Of a stretch of 64,000 bases of DNA, positions 1 through 13,900 are shown piece by piece; positions within the stretch are counted from its first letter, which is position 1; each line of letters begins with the position of its first letter. The stretch spans positions 208,817-272,816 of the forward strand of contig NC_068993.1 in assembly GCF_001194135.2 (NCBI RefSeq). Reading direction: 5' to 3'. Both the position numbers and the translations under genes were made by a program. This DNA is from Octopus bimaculoides. Taxonomy: Eukaryota. The notes under the pieces are model-generated. The model was not told where the DNA came from. It searched no databases and saw only the letters and a program-made list of their open reading frames with translations.

Positions 1-327
1 GACGCCTTTAGCTAGGCTGAAACGATGTCTCCACCACTTGACCCTTTCTGACCTCATTTTTAGCTGAAGAATATTAAAAGATTACCTATTAAGTGTTCAG
101 TTAAAAACACTATATCATCTATTTTTTCTGATGATCAAAATAAAGTTAATAATTTTATAATGCTTTCAAAGACTCTTTGAATAAATTTAATATTAAAAGC
201 AGCATTTTAAATGGACAAGTTAAACTTAAAACTTTACTATCTTACAGTCAGCAAAGCAATAAGTATTGACCTAGTGTTTATATTTTGATAGAAATGTAAA
301 TAAAATGAATTCTTTTATATATTTCAG

Positions 328-391
328 AGAAAGCATTACATCTGGTCTTTCAGTTGGTGGAAGCTCATCTCAATTAGTAATGTCAGAAAGT
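328..391 (+). CDS. TTC6: TTC6-like exon (N-terminal region, tentative)
   Basis: tttcag|...|gtaaga; ESITSGLSVGGSSSQLVMSES; phase 2 to 0. Confidence 0.55.
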
Positions 392-2862
392 GTAAGAATT
401 TTAGTTAATTTTCCTATCAGCATTATCATTTATTGCATTTTTTTATATTTCTCTTGATTTGCTATTTAGCTAAACCTCTTTATCTGTTTACTCTTTTAGC
501 TAATCTTTTATCACCATACCAACTGAGCATAGCTCTCAGGTCTACCATACAAAACCTTCACTCTTTAAAATCATTCATATTGAAATAAAAACCTTCCACT
601 ATAATTTTATTTAAAACATATCATTAAGTTAAGTTTCCAAACACCAGAATAAGCACATGCAACACTCTTGGAGTGGTTGATGTTAGGAAGGACATCCAGC
701 CATAAAAACCATGCCAAATTGGAGTGGAACCTAATATAGCTCCCCAGCTTACCAGAGCAGTCGAGTTTATTTCAGATATTCTCATTTTCAAAATCATCTC
801 TAACCTGGCAAAGGGTAAAGGAACTCAGAAGAGTCAATGGCCATTCTGAAAATGGGTAGGTAGAACCCGTGAGCCTTGGTTGGCAGTCTGTCTAGGAGAA
901 GGAACACTGATTTAAAACTGGGGCAGATAGGACTCCTTAGTAACAGTGGTGACAACATGTCAGTGTCCAACGGTTCCATGCGTGGGATGACACACAGAAA
1001 TGTGAAGGGAACAGGCTCGACTTATGGGTAGTAAGAGCTCTGCAGTTTTGGTTGCCAGTCTTATTAGAAATGGTGTCTTGATAAAAATACTGGTTGGTGG
1101 CTAACCTTAAAACACAAACCTCAATGTTGAGTGAAGATGTCTAATACAAATGTAGGAAATAATGGTGTTAATGAGGCTGGAAGCAAAGGTGGAAGCCTTT
1201 TGCCTGGCAGGTGGACTGTGGTTGAGCAGTGCAGGCCTGGCCATCCTCCAGAGACTGCTTGTACACAAAGCCAGGGGCAGAGAAGAAGGTAGGATGAGAC
1301 AAACCGAATGGTAATTAAATGCTGGATCAGGGGCAAACCCAGCAGAAGGGGATTCCAACAACACATGAAAGCAAAATGGAATGAAAGTGGCGAACTGGCT
1401 GAATTGCTACTCTATTGAACGAAATACTTAGCAGTGTTTCTTCCAGCTTTTTATATTTTGAATTCAAATTCCGTTGGGGCCAACTATGCTTTTCATCCTT
1501 TTGGGGTTGATAAAATGAGCACCAGTTGAGTACTGGAGATGATGTAATCAACTGATCCCTTCCCTTAAAAGTGCTGGCCTTGTGTCTAAATTTGAAACCA
1601 TTTCCATTGTGAATTCATATCTAAATCAAATTTTTACTATATTTTTTTTAAATAATCTACAAGGGGTTTAGGAATCTGTGATTCTTGTTTTTGAGGGTAG
1701 AAAACAATTTTGAAAGCCAAGAATTAGTATGAGAACAACTTAGAAAGAATTTCTGACAGAAATCCTGATAATAATTCCAGAAAAAGAGGTGTAAGAAGAA
1801 TATTTTTATATTTGCAAATTTTATGCCTGATTCTTTTGTTTAATTTTAAACAATTTCTTAACTGTACATTTTCTTTATTTCTAGCTTGCAGATAAGGAAA
1901 CTGTTGCTGAAGGTCAGTGTATTCAATTAATTATTCTTTTGATTCTGTTTGATGACTACTTATGTTTTCATCAGTAAAAACATCAGTAAAAAACGTAAAA
2001 ATACATTAGCCATTTTATTTATTTTATTTCCTTTTTTTACACAGAATCAACAACTCTGGTTAAATCCACAGACAAGGTTCCATCAGCTGTCCAGTAAGTA
2101 TTTTAGTATAGTTTTGGCTGGGAATTGGAAAACCATCTAGTTTTAGAATTTGTTTATTACCTTCTGGTATTTTTTTACATCCTTTAATTGGTTTGGACTG
2201 AGCCCAAGCAGGAGCTCTGCATTTCAAGAGTTTAATCCATTTTATTGATCTCAGTACGTATTTCAATGTGGTACTTAATCTCTATTTCGCAAACTTCTAA
2301 GTTACAGGGCACAGCAATACCAATTTTTATCCAAACAAGGACATGCACATAACCATACATGCATATTTAATTTTCTGATTAAAATAGTGAAATGTTTCAA
2401 ATGCAAAAATATTCCAGTTAGATGAAATTCTCATCATCACAATAAGTTGATTGGAGAGAGAGAGAGAGATATCAGCCTTTGTATTTACCTTCCCCCTTTT
2501 CCCCTCTTCCAAACGACAAATTTAAAAATAAAAATAAATAAAACAAGAGATACTAAATAAAGAAGGCTTATATCCTTATCAGGAATTGCTACTCTGTATA
2601 TTCCTTATCACTGCCTTCCCTTTGATTAACTTCCAGTGTAATTATGTGGATATGTATGCTTATTTGTGTGTGTATACATATACACTTGATGTTATACCTT
2701 CATTTTAGTATCGTATGATTATATTCGTTTGTATGATTTATGTCTCAGTGTACCTGTAACTATTTTTTGTTTTAATTTTAGTATTTATTTGTGTAACAGT
2801 TTGTTGACACATATTAGTATGTTTGGGCTGTGTATATATTTGGGAATATATATATATATATA

Positions 2863-2909
<47 letters not shown>

Positions 2910-4937
2910 ATTTTTTTTTTTTTTGCAACACGTAAATACTGAACAGTGTCTATAAAGGATAAAATCCTTTTTAAGAGCAGAAAAATTTGCTGGCAACGAA
3001 CCTCATGTCTGCCAGACTTCTTCATGTCATTTAGCTTGCATGAGTTAGTTGGTTTGACCAGAGCTGGCAAGCCAGAAAGCTACAGCAGGTTCAAGTCTGA
3101 TTTGCCTTGGTTTCTATGGCTGGATACTCTTCCTAATGCCAACCACTTAACAATGTGTGCTGGGTGCTTTTTATGTGCCACCAGCTTAGATTGCTTTTTG
3201 CTTGGCACTGGCACAAGGCTCTTGCAGGCCAATCCTCTTTAGCAGAGGATGCAGCCTTATCACTTCTGCTGAAATACCTAGATATTAGCTTACTACATGC
3301 ACACCACATTAATGCTACATGCACATCACATTCGTGCTACATGCACAGTTTCTCATTTTCTTTTCTGTTTCAGGGAAGCAAGTGGGCATGAAGGAGCTGG
3401 TGTGTGCCCTTCAGCATCCTACCTTGCAACTCCGGGGCAGCCATCAAGTGCTGCAAGAGGATCCTTATCTGCAGATAATATCTTCAGAACTTTGAGGATG
3501 TCAACGTAATATTTAAGTTTTATTTTATTATAGCTGCTTATTGAAAAAAAGATTAATGATAATTAGCCTCAACTATTATTAAACTATATGTATTTACTTT
3601 AGTTTCATTTTCTGTTTTATCAAAATGAAAGAGATGAACGTGGGAAGTTTCTTTCTCCTGATGATGTTTATTCTGTAGAAAGTTCTTTCACTGAGAGAGC
3701 TCCATGGTAAGATTTATTTAATTTAATTTTTATGTAAACATTATCGGTTGCACATACATAGTGTATATGTTTTTGTTTATTGATATCTACCATTCTCAGT
3801 GATTCCAAGGTGAGTTGTCTCACCTGGTTTGTGATATTCAGGTGTTCTTTAACTCTTAGCATCATTTCGACAGCTTTCCCTGGACATTGTCCCACAGCAA
3901 ATTTCACATATATACTATGTATGTGCAACTGATAATGTTTACATTACAAGAACTGCTTTTAATTTGTAATTTAATTTAATTTTATATTTTTATATCACAT
4001 CTGGTAAACAATGGTACCATTAGTTACAGGTTTCTAACTGAGCAATCATTGGTTCCTTGTATTTTTGGTGGTGAGAATGACTCAGGCAGAACAAATACCC
4101 ACACAGGGTATTTTTGTTCAAAAGCACTGGTTTTCCTGTTTCCTTACCAATGTTGGAAATGTCAGCACTATATATCAGGGAAAGATGCACATACATTTGT
4201 GTGTGTGTTGTACGAAGATTAAACATTTAAACATGTCTGGGCTTAATTTGTCGAGTTTAAATTGTTCACATTCTCTATTTATGATTCTAGCATACGTGAT
4301 GAAATCTTCTATTTCAAATTTAGACAATCCCAGTGAATATTAAATAGTGAACATCTTTCACTGAATATTTTAGATAATAGCTTAATCGTTTCCTCGAAAT
4401 AAATTTTAGATGGTTTTTCTCAGCAAAATATAATTACAAAACTTTTCAGGTTCTGCTGGTGATAATTTCCTTAAAAGAAGACGTACCTTCTTTTCATCCA
4501 TCCAGCTTTTACACTCTTCCTTTTAATCCCTTCTTCTGGATTATACGTAAATTCTTCAATTGAATTAGCAACCGTGTCTGCCGAGAGTGAAGCTGAAGTG
4601 TTTTTTGACTGCAGCAATAATTCCAACAACTGTTGATTTTGTTGTTGTTGTTGTTGCTGTTGTTCTTGTTGCTGCTGTAGTTGCCGTTGCAGCTCTTGTT
4701 GTTGTAGTTTCCATTGCAACCGAACCATGGAAGCTAATAAGTCTTCCATACTAAGTATGCCCTCCATGAGCTTCGAAAGTCTTGTCAACACTGTTATATC
4801 CTTCTTTGAACTCCCTGTATTTGCCACTTTATAACGTGGACTTGTAACAAGGTTATAACAATACAAATATAAATCAGAAACAGCACATAACAAACAATAT
4901 CTCTTCTCAACAACTTCTTTGACTCTTCACAAAGCGC

Positions 4938-4984
<47 letters not shown>

Positions 4985-7900
4985 ACACTGCCATCACTGA
5001 CAGTGCACATGCACCTTTATACAGTTTAGGGCAGTTAACTTGCTTCCCCACAGAGGTAGTATCAGGATTTCACCCCAACCGAATATTATCTAATATTGGT
5101 ACAAAGCCACACATGTTATGGGTGGAGGATATAGTTTGATTAAATCAAGCCCAGGACTTATCTGATATTCTGTCAACCCCAGGAAGGTGAAAGTGAANNN
5201 NNNNNNNNNNNNNNNNNNNNNNNNNNNNNNNNNNNNNNNNNNNNNNNNNNNNNNNNNNNNNNNNNNNNNNNNNNNNNNNNNNNNNNNNNNNNNNNNNNNN
5301 NNNNNNNNNNNNNNNNNNNNNNNNNNNNNNNNNNNNNNNNNNNNNNNNNNNNNNNNNNNNNNNNNNNNNNNNNNNNNNNNNNNNNNNNNNNNNNNNNNNN
5401 NNNNNNNNNNNNNNNNNNNNNNNNNNNNNNNNNNNNNNNNNNNNNNNNNNNNNNNNNNNNNNNNNNNNNNNNNNNNNNNNNNNNNNNNNNNNNNNNNNNN
5501 NNNNNNNNNNNNNNNNNNNNNNNNNNNNNNNNNNNNNNNNNNNNNNNNNNNNNNNNNNNNNNNNNNNNNNNNNNNNNNNNNNNNNNNNNNNNNNNNNNNN
5601 NNNNNNNNNNNNNNNNNNNNNNNNNNNNNNNNNNNATATTTGTAGATGTTTCACTTTCAAAACTGTGTTTCCAAAATTCCATTTATCTATTTTTATTTTT
5701 CAGTCGGAAGAGAAAGGGTACTGCATCTGACTATTTCTGAAGACTTTGCAATTGGTCCCCACAGACCTTCATTTTGAGATGTGTTGATATAATAAACAGT
5801 GATCAAGAAGACATGTAACACTCAGGGAGTTGCTTATATGACAAGCTTCCACTCTTGCACATCTGTTGTTCCGCATTTCTTATACACACAAGCAACTAGG
5901 AACCAAATTTCACATAATATGTTATGGTTCGTAAGGCGGCACGCTGGCAGAAGCGTTAGCACGCCAGGCAGAATGCTTAGTGGTATTTCATCTGCCTTTA
6001 TATTCTGAGTTCAAATTCCGCCGAGGTCGACTTTGTGTTTCATCCTCTCGGGGTCAATAAACTAAGTACCAGTTGCTTGCTGGGGTTGATCTAATCGACT
6101 GGCACCCCTCCCCAAAGATTTTGGGCCTTGTGCCTAGAGTAGAAAAGAATCTATTGTGGTTAGGGTTAGCGTCTAGGTGTATACTGCATTGTTGTGATAT
6201 TGATGCAATATTGAAACAATGTTATGTTGTTTGTGTTGTATAGCCCTAGGTCAGCTTAACCAACCTGACCTGCACCAGTATTACAAGGATTCAATTTAAA
6301 ACCTTATAATTCTTTTGTTTTTTTTTTGTGTTGTTGCCACAGACTGCATCCTGCAGCAGTTGAAAGTGAACCTTCCTACTTTGATATTGAAACATTTGCA
6401 AAGCAAAGAGGCAAACCGTAAGAAAATATTTTTACTAAAGAAAATTAACATTATGTTTTATCTTTTACTTGCTTATTTTATTAGACTGTGGCCATGCTGG
6501 GGCACTGCCTAGAAGAATTTTTAATCAAATGAATCAACACCAGTACTTTTTCTTTAAGCCTGGTATTTATTGATCTAAATCATATTTCAGCCATGTTAAT
6601 GACTTAATCTTAAATGAAGGAGAGTGGAACATTCTTCTGATAGGCTCAAAATAGGTTCAACTGGAGAAGTTTTGTGACACGAACAGATTAATAATATAAC
6701 AACCATTATGCCATTCTCATGAAACAACTAAAACCTGTTGTTAGCAGATGACCTGGATTACATGGCAGTAATTAATAGAACACTCCTCATTAACATATGT
6801 TGCNNNNNNNNNNNNNNNNNNNNNNNNNNNNNNNNNNNNNNNNNNNNNNNNNNNNNNNNNNNNNNNNNNNNNNNNNNNNNNNNNNNNNNNNNNNNNNNNN
6901 NNNNNNNNNNNNNNNNCTGTACATGTTGCAGTAGTCCAGCTGACCTTCATTTGTGTATGGTCAAATGGTCAAAATATTGTTGAAATATTTACAATAAAGC
7001 TGGAAACCCTTTTTTTGTTTTTTTAGTGGTGATGGGGGGGGGGTTATTTTTTTTATTTCCAACTTGCTTTGGTGTAACTATCTCAATCATTTAATTTGTT
7101 TCACAATAAATTTTCTTGTGTTCTCTTCCTTCTAGTTAATTTATCTCTTTCCATCCCTTCTCATTAACAATAATTATTTTTTATCTATTATTAAAAATTT
7201 GGATATGCTATTCAATAAATCAAAGGTAAATAAGCACAGCTGTTTTTCTTTAATCTTCTAAATTTTTCAGTATAATTCATATTTTTATTAATTCTTGTTA
7301 CAGATCTGATTTAGATATTGATGTGTGGATCAAAGAAATCTGGAATACCTGGAGCAGTGAAATATCTCCAGGCTTTAAAACAGAACTTCTGAACAGGACA
7401 GATATCTATGAAGAAATCAAGTTAAACCATTTGTTGCAGTGTACATTTAGGTAATGATATATGTTTAATATTACATTTAATAACTTTGTTAACATTTCAA
7501 CTGTCAGAGCATAGTTATTTTCTTTCCACTAAAATTCTGATCTGCTTCAAGTCCACAAACGTTTAAAGAATTTGGTAGAGGTTAGGGTTAGGGTTTTATT
7601 TTTTTGAAAATTAGCCATGTCAATTTTTACAAGTATTTGTTATGGCAGTGGGATGACTTTCTCACAACAGAGTCTGATTTCATCCCCTAAACTTAGGTTT
7701 TCATGCCTTTAGTGTTGAAGCATACAACAGCTTCACAAGCCTTGCTTCTGTCCACAGAATTCTATCAGAACAAATCAAACTCAGCTTGCATGTATGTACA
7801 ACATCAAAGAAAAAGCAAGCATTTGACTGGTATATCCTGAAAAGGGATACAGATCTGCAGCAAATGTACAGTATCATGGTAAAAAAATGATTTGATGCAC

Positions 7901-10900
7901 TACAAAACAGCTCAGAGTCAATAACCAACCTATACAAACACTTCATCACAGCTAACAGAGAAGCAAATGATAGCACCAAAGAAGTGCTGTTCTAAGAAAA
8001 GAGCATCAAGAGTTATTACAGCCAGGCAGAATGTGCAAAGAGCATTGAACTGCTATCAAGAGAATCCTAATGAAGAACACAGGCTGGAACTACAAGCTGC
8101 CAAAGCCACTCTTCAAAATGCCTGTGACACCATTCAGGAAGTGTAATTGGATTGCATGATTGCAGTCAAGGCAGCAGATGCAAATTTAATGCACAAGAAA
8201 GCTGGAAATTGATAAATGAAATAAGCAGAAGGAAAACAGCTAAGTTGGGCATCATTCATGGAAAGAGCAGAGAGGAGCATGTGCAGAAGTAGGATCAGCA
8301 CACTTGAGTCAATTGCGTCGAAAGTCTTCCCCTTTGTAAGCAAAGAAGATGACGAGATTCAACCTGTTTTCAATGATCTCACATATAAAACTGGACCATT
8401 TGATTTGGAAGGACTTCAGACTACCAAGAATAGACTAAAAGAGGGAAAAACTGCTGGCACTGATGGAAGAGGTGCAATCTGCATAAAATAATACTGGATA
8501 TTGGGAATAAGCTCTTGCAGAACCAAGAAAGTCTAGATCAGTGGTCTGAGATTGACTTGATACCAATCTCAAAGTCAAGAAATCTCAGGAATTGCATTGT
8601 CCAATATCTCACTCCAAGTCATCAACCAAATGGTCCTCAACTGTTGCTTTATAAGCATCTGAGATGAAATGAAAATGGATTTAGAACAAGGTGATCCGCA
8701 ACATCTCAGATCTCAACCCTGAGGTGTATCATAGAAGGAGTTAAATCAAGACAACTACCTTCCATTATAACCTTTGTGGACTTCAGCAAAGTGTTTGACA
8801 GCATCCACCGTTACAAAATGTTCAAGATCCTTTGAGCATATGGCATTCCAGAAAAAACTAGTTCTTGCCATTGTGTTTTTTTGATTGCTATTTCTAGCAA
8901 GTTGAGCAGCCACATAGAGATACCCTCTTTAAATCTTTGCAAATTAATCTCTTCAACAAACAATTAAAAAAGAATGATTTATAAAAATTTAGAAATTTGA
9001 TGAAACATATTTATCAATTATATTAGTGAGGAAGTAGGATAACATATGGAAATATCAATTTATTAATGTCATTATAGACGATGTTAGGGAAACTTTTTTT
9101 TAAATATCTCCATGTTTATTTCAGATATTAACATTTTTTACCACTTTAATTTATATTTATTTATATTTTATAACTGTTTTTACTGATTTAATTTTCATTC
9201 CAGCCCTAAAATTGCATCTGATATTTCTTTTGATGATTTCCTTAAATCAGCCATCAGCATTGAGTTTAACATAACTGATTACCAGGTAGGTTTAACAATT
9301 TACTCTGGTTGTAATCTGAAACCTAAAGAAGCAACTGATGGTTAGTGCCAACAAGTCAATAAAATGGTCACTTGCTACAGTACATTCTTCACTCCTCATT
9401 ACAACTGACCTTATCAAAATGCCTTTCATATTAACAGTTTTGATTTCTTTATTTACTTAACATTGTTATTAGTTTTGTTAAAAAGTTTGCACTTAAACAT
9501 GAATCAAGGAACCAGGAAAGTGCTTGTGAGCCTTTGTGGCGCCTCCAAGATTTCTGATTAAAGTTAGAAAATTGATATTTCTTGTAATGGCGATGCCATC
9601 AGTATTGATGACACCAATGACAACAAATACGAATTCATTTTTCTTTCCGTTCATCGTTGAGTTTCCTTCATAAAAGGCTACAAATCATACAAAATAAATT
9701 CTAGATAGACCTCTTCTTATTCTTATTGCATGCTTCACTGCACAACAGATTGCATCATTTTATTTTCGTTTTTCATTTTATATTGTATTGCCAACATTCT
9801 ACATAATATTGTATTCAACATTCTATGTAATATTGTACAATATTCTGCATAATATATAATGTACAGTACCTGGTGATGCTATGTTGTATATTTAAACTCT
9901 GAGGTATTGTGTGTAACATGTACAGTGTCTAGTGGTACTACAGGTGAAAAGGTGCTTCATATAATAATAATAATAATAATATTTATATTGTGTACAGTAC
10001 TTAGTGATGTTATGTTGTGTGTGTTGAGGGTTTTTGGTTATGAATTTACATGATTTTTTTTTTATCATTCCCAAACTAGCTGTTGTTTTTTCTGCTGTTA
10101 TTATTTTTATTATTAAATATGTTGATTTCATGCCACAAAACTTGGTAACTATGGAAATAAATCTGTTAATAAGCCATTTGTTTCTTCCTTTCAGACACTA
10201 ATGGAGGAAATTGAATATCTCAGTAAAAAGATCCTTCATTGTGTCCCACCTTCTACAGACGATGTTTATAAACGAGGAATCCTTTATTTAAAGGTATACA
10301 CACACACATATAGCAATAGGGTTAATAAGATTATCCTGACATGCAATTTCCAGAGAATTAACACTTCTCACCCGTCAACCAACAAAGAAGGCTCGATAGC
10401 CATCTCTGTTTCAATCAAACACAAACTACGACTTAGCTAAAATAGTCAGGCTGATTTGCATATATTGACATGTTTCAGTCTTGCTAGACCACTTCAGCGA
10501 AGCATATTTTACCATTGTACATTATATTCACCCCTCAGTAAGGATTATGTGGATTCATGTAGAATGCTAATTTGTAATCATCAGGGTTTGTTTTGTATAG
10601 GCATTCTCTCTACTCCTGAAGGGTTTTTATAATGGGAAATGCATTTCCCACTCACTTCCATCTAATATGGTAATCAATGGAAAAATAAGTTGTAGAATTG
10701 TTTTATTTTATTTTTTTAATCTAAGAAAGGGTATTGTCCAAAGACTTTACAAGACTTTTCACATTTGTGAAATTGTTGGCTGTCACAGCTCAGTCAAAGG
10801 CTGACCTGGCACTAAGCCAACAATTTCACAAATGATCATCCATCTTTCTTTGTATGTCAGGGATTGTGTTGAAGCAAGCATATCCTTCTTTTTAAAGATG

Positions 10901-13900
10901 GTAATGTGTGATTTCATTATTCTCTTTAGCAAAGTATAAAAGTTTACTCATTGGCTCCATATATATGAGGCCAATATCACTGGTGTCTACTTAATAATGT
11001 CTATTGAGAGGGTGGAAAGGGATTTCCTACCCTAGAAAAGAAGGATTTCTGTAAACTTTTTAGTGCAGGGTTTGATGAGTTGCAAAGATTAGGTTTGGCA
11101 GTTCATAGGAACAGGAACCATTATAGTTAATTTATAAAATTTGCTGTTGTTCCATGACATTTCCAATAAAATAATGTGAAATTGTTTAATTTTATAGACC
11201 GGAGACTTTGAAGCATCTCTTGAAGATCTTAACTGGTAGGTTATCAGGTGTTTTGTCTTGTTACTTAAATTGGTGTAAATTAAAAAATTTTTCCTAAACT
11301 GGTAAAGCCCAGCTCTTAATACACTTCTTGTTACAATTTCTTTTCCATTTTTTATTGATTTATTTATAATTATATGTAAATATTGATTTCTAATCAAGAC
11401 ACACCTCAAATTTGGGAGATAGATTCCAGTAGTTGAATAGTACTTCATTTATTGTCTCTGGAAGGATGAAAATCACAGTTAATCTCACAGAATTCGAACT
11501 GAAAATGTAAAAGATCATAACTCAATACCCTTATACGAGTCCTGCGAATATCCTCCCTTTAATTGACTTCATAAGGCCAGAGATTTTCATAGACAAATTG
11601 ATACCAATACATGACTAGTGCTTCATTTTATCTAACCNNNNNNNNNNNNNNNNNNNNNNNNNNNNNNNNNNNNNNNNNNNNNNNNNNNNNNNNNNNNNNN
11701 NNNNNNNNNNNNNNNNNNNNNNNNNNNNNNNNNNNNNNNNNNTGAATGACAAATAGCTCTCACCAAGAATTGAACCCGGAACATAAAAATTCATATCTAA
11801 ACACTGCATTTTGCCCAATGTTCTAACCAAATATTTGTTTATTTTTCCGGTTAAATCTACCCAATCTCTTCTTTTTTGACAGGGTGGTGGTGGCCATCTC
11901 TAAATGCAGTTTGTTTATCAAGGAGGTGGGGGGTGCACATGTTTTAAGAATTACAATACTGACTGTCTGTAACATAACATCAACCTTGAACACACTGTCT
12001 ACACAGGCACAAACACCCTCTATTCATAGAAGACATACATTTCTAAGTATCAATATTGATGTAAGAGATACTTGTTTAAGTATGAACATATAAAATAACT
12101 TCTACCATTCTACTAACCCACTGCTTTCTTATGTTTCAAACTGAACACAGACATTAATTGTATCCCTGTTTCACATTAAATTTAGGGTCATCAAAGAAGA
12201 TCCCGGGTATATGAAAGCATATTGGCATCGCCATTTGATCTATATTTATAAAGGCTCGTATTTACCTGCGTTGGATGATCTAAAAGTTATTGCAGAAGAA
12301 AGAATATCCTATGAATTATACATGGCTTTGTGAGTTTTCGCTGACACTTTTATTAATTTTCATCCCATTAGTCTGAAGGAAGAGGGGTTCCTGGCTCCTT
12401 TGTGGGTCTCTTTCTCTTGAATTGTTGAAGTTTTATGTGTGGAGTTAAAAGACTCTGACCTTCTGCTTTCTTCACTCATTCACCAACCTCTTTACAGAGT
12501 TCACTGAGTTGCTTTCTTCACTCATTCACCAACCTCTTTACAGAGTTCACTGAGTGCATTTCATTGGCGTCTTGTCACAAAGGATTGCCTTGTACACTGT
12601 AAGAAGAATGAGTACTTAACCTGTCAAAGATGGGTATTTTTATTGGAGTGAATATGAAAAGGAGAGCTAGAATGGGTGGGTGAAGGGGGGAATAAGGGTA
12701 TAAACTGATTGGGGTGATAAGAGAGAGACAGACAGATAGGGATGGGCGACCCAGGGTCGAGTGTGTGATGATTGGCAATACAAAAAGGGATGAAGATTGG
12801 TTAAAAACAGGTGTCATGCATAATCCTTATGATGGGCAAGAGAGGTAAAGTGATGAGCAGTTTCTGTGAAATTGGTGAGTAACAAGGAAGTGAGTGGTGG
12901 GGGGCATGTGAGGAAGGGAAAAGTGTAGGGAGGCAATAAATGTAAACTTGACAGGAGACACACACACACACACACACTTACATATGCATGTACACATACA
13001 CATATGCAGATCCCAGATTCTGTCACAACCCCTATTTTTAACATGTATTTAACCATGCTTGCATGAGGGTCACGTATTCTCCACTCTAGCGTATTTCCAA
13101 CATCATGAAGTCAGTCTTGAACCAGAAACCTTTATTTCTAAACTAAGGATAACTTTTAATAACGTTATCCTTCAGGCCACCAATATAATGAGGACGGAGA
13201 TATTGAAAATGTCTCCACTTGTAAAGATGGAGTTACTTCACAATACTGTACTCAACTCGTCTCATAATCAAATTAAGTTTGATTCATAATTAAGCAAAGA
13301 AATAATAAAAGGATGTAAGACATGCATCCAAGTTTTTTCTGTTTTTTTTTTTTATTGTATTAGTAACTTGCTTTTATAAATTTCATTCTAGGGGTTTAGT
13401 TTATGCTAAACTAGAGGAACCAGCAAACTCAATTCATAATTTCTCCAATGCTATCCAATGTAACCCTGCTGATGACCTGGCTTACCTTTATAGAGCTCAA
13501 CTCTACCAAATGGTAAGGAATCAAACAAGAACGCTTTCCAACATAAAACTGATTGATAATATTTGGTATGAATATTTTAGTTTTAGTTCATATGTTGTAG
13601 AATATTTAATACGGGAGTCAGGCAAAGCTTTTAGGGACTATTTAGGAACACTCTGTAAATTGACAGTCATTTCAGTCTTGGAATGTGGTAAGTATCGTTT
13701 TGTTGGTGTGACATTTTATACATGACTGCTCGCTGCAAGCATTAATTATTTAATGCAATGATATTTCTTTGAAGTCATCAGTTGAGATTTCTATCATGTG
13801 TTGCCAAAGGATTGATGACACTATACATGATATATTTTATGGTAGCTGCAATTTTTTGAGAATTTCTACTGGTTACTGATATTCCATATAACTAAGTCTA

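Noticed and set aside
2729-3070. ORFs rich in IYIY, VCVC or ERER runs here and elsewhere (e.g. 17984-18408, 54562-54801)
   Set aside because: They are translations of dinucleotide microsatellites and SINE bodies.
4471-4893. 140-aa poly-Q ORF as a host gene
   Set aside because: It is a decayed gypsy gag with LTR sequence read in frame.
5738-5740. Selenocysteine reading of the in-frame TGA
   Set aside because: TTC6 is not a known selenoprotein, there is no redox motif, and no SECIS element was seen.
11089-11448. 119-aa minus-strand ORF
   Set aside because: No protein motif in that frame; another frame has a faint LINE-like K.PDNLP.KIFK.C trace, too weak to call.
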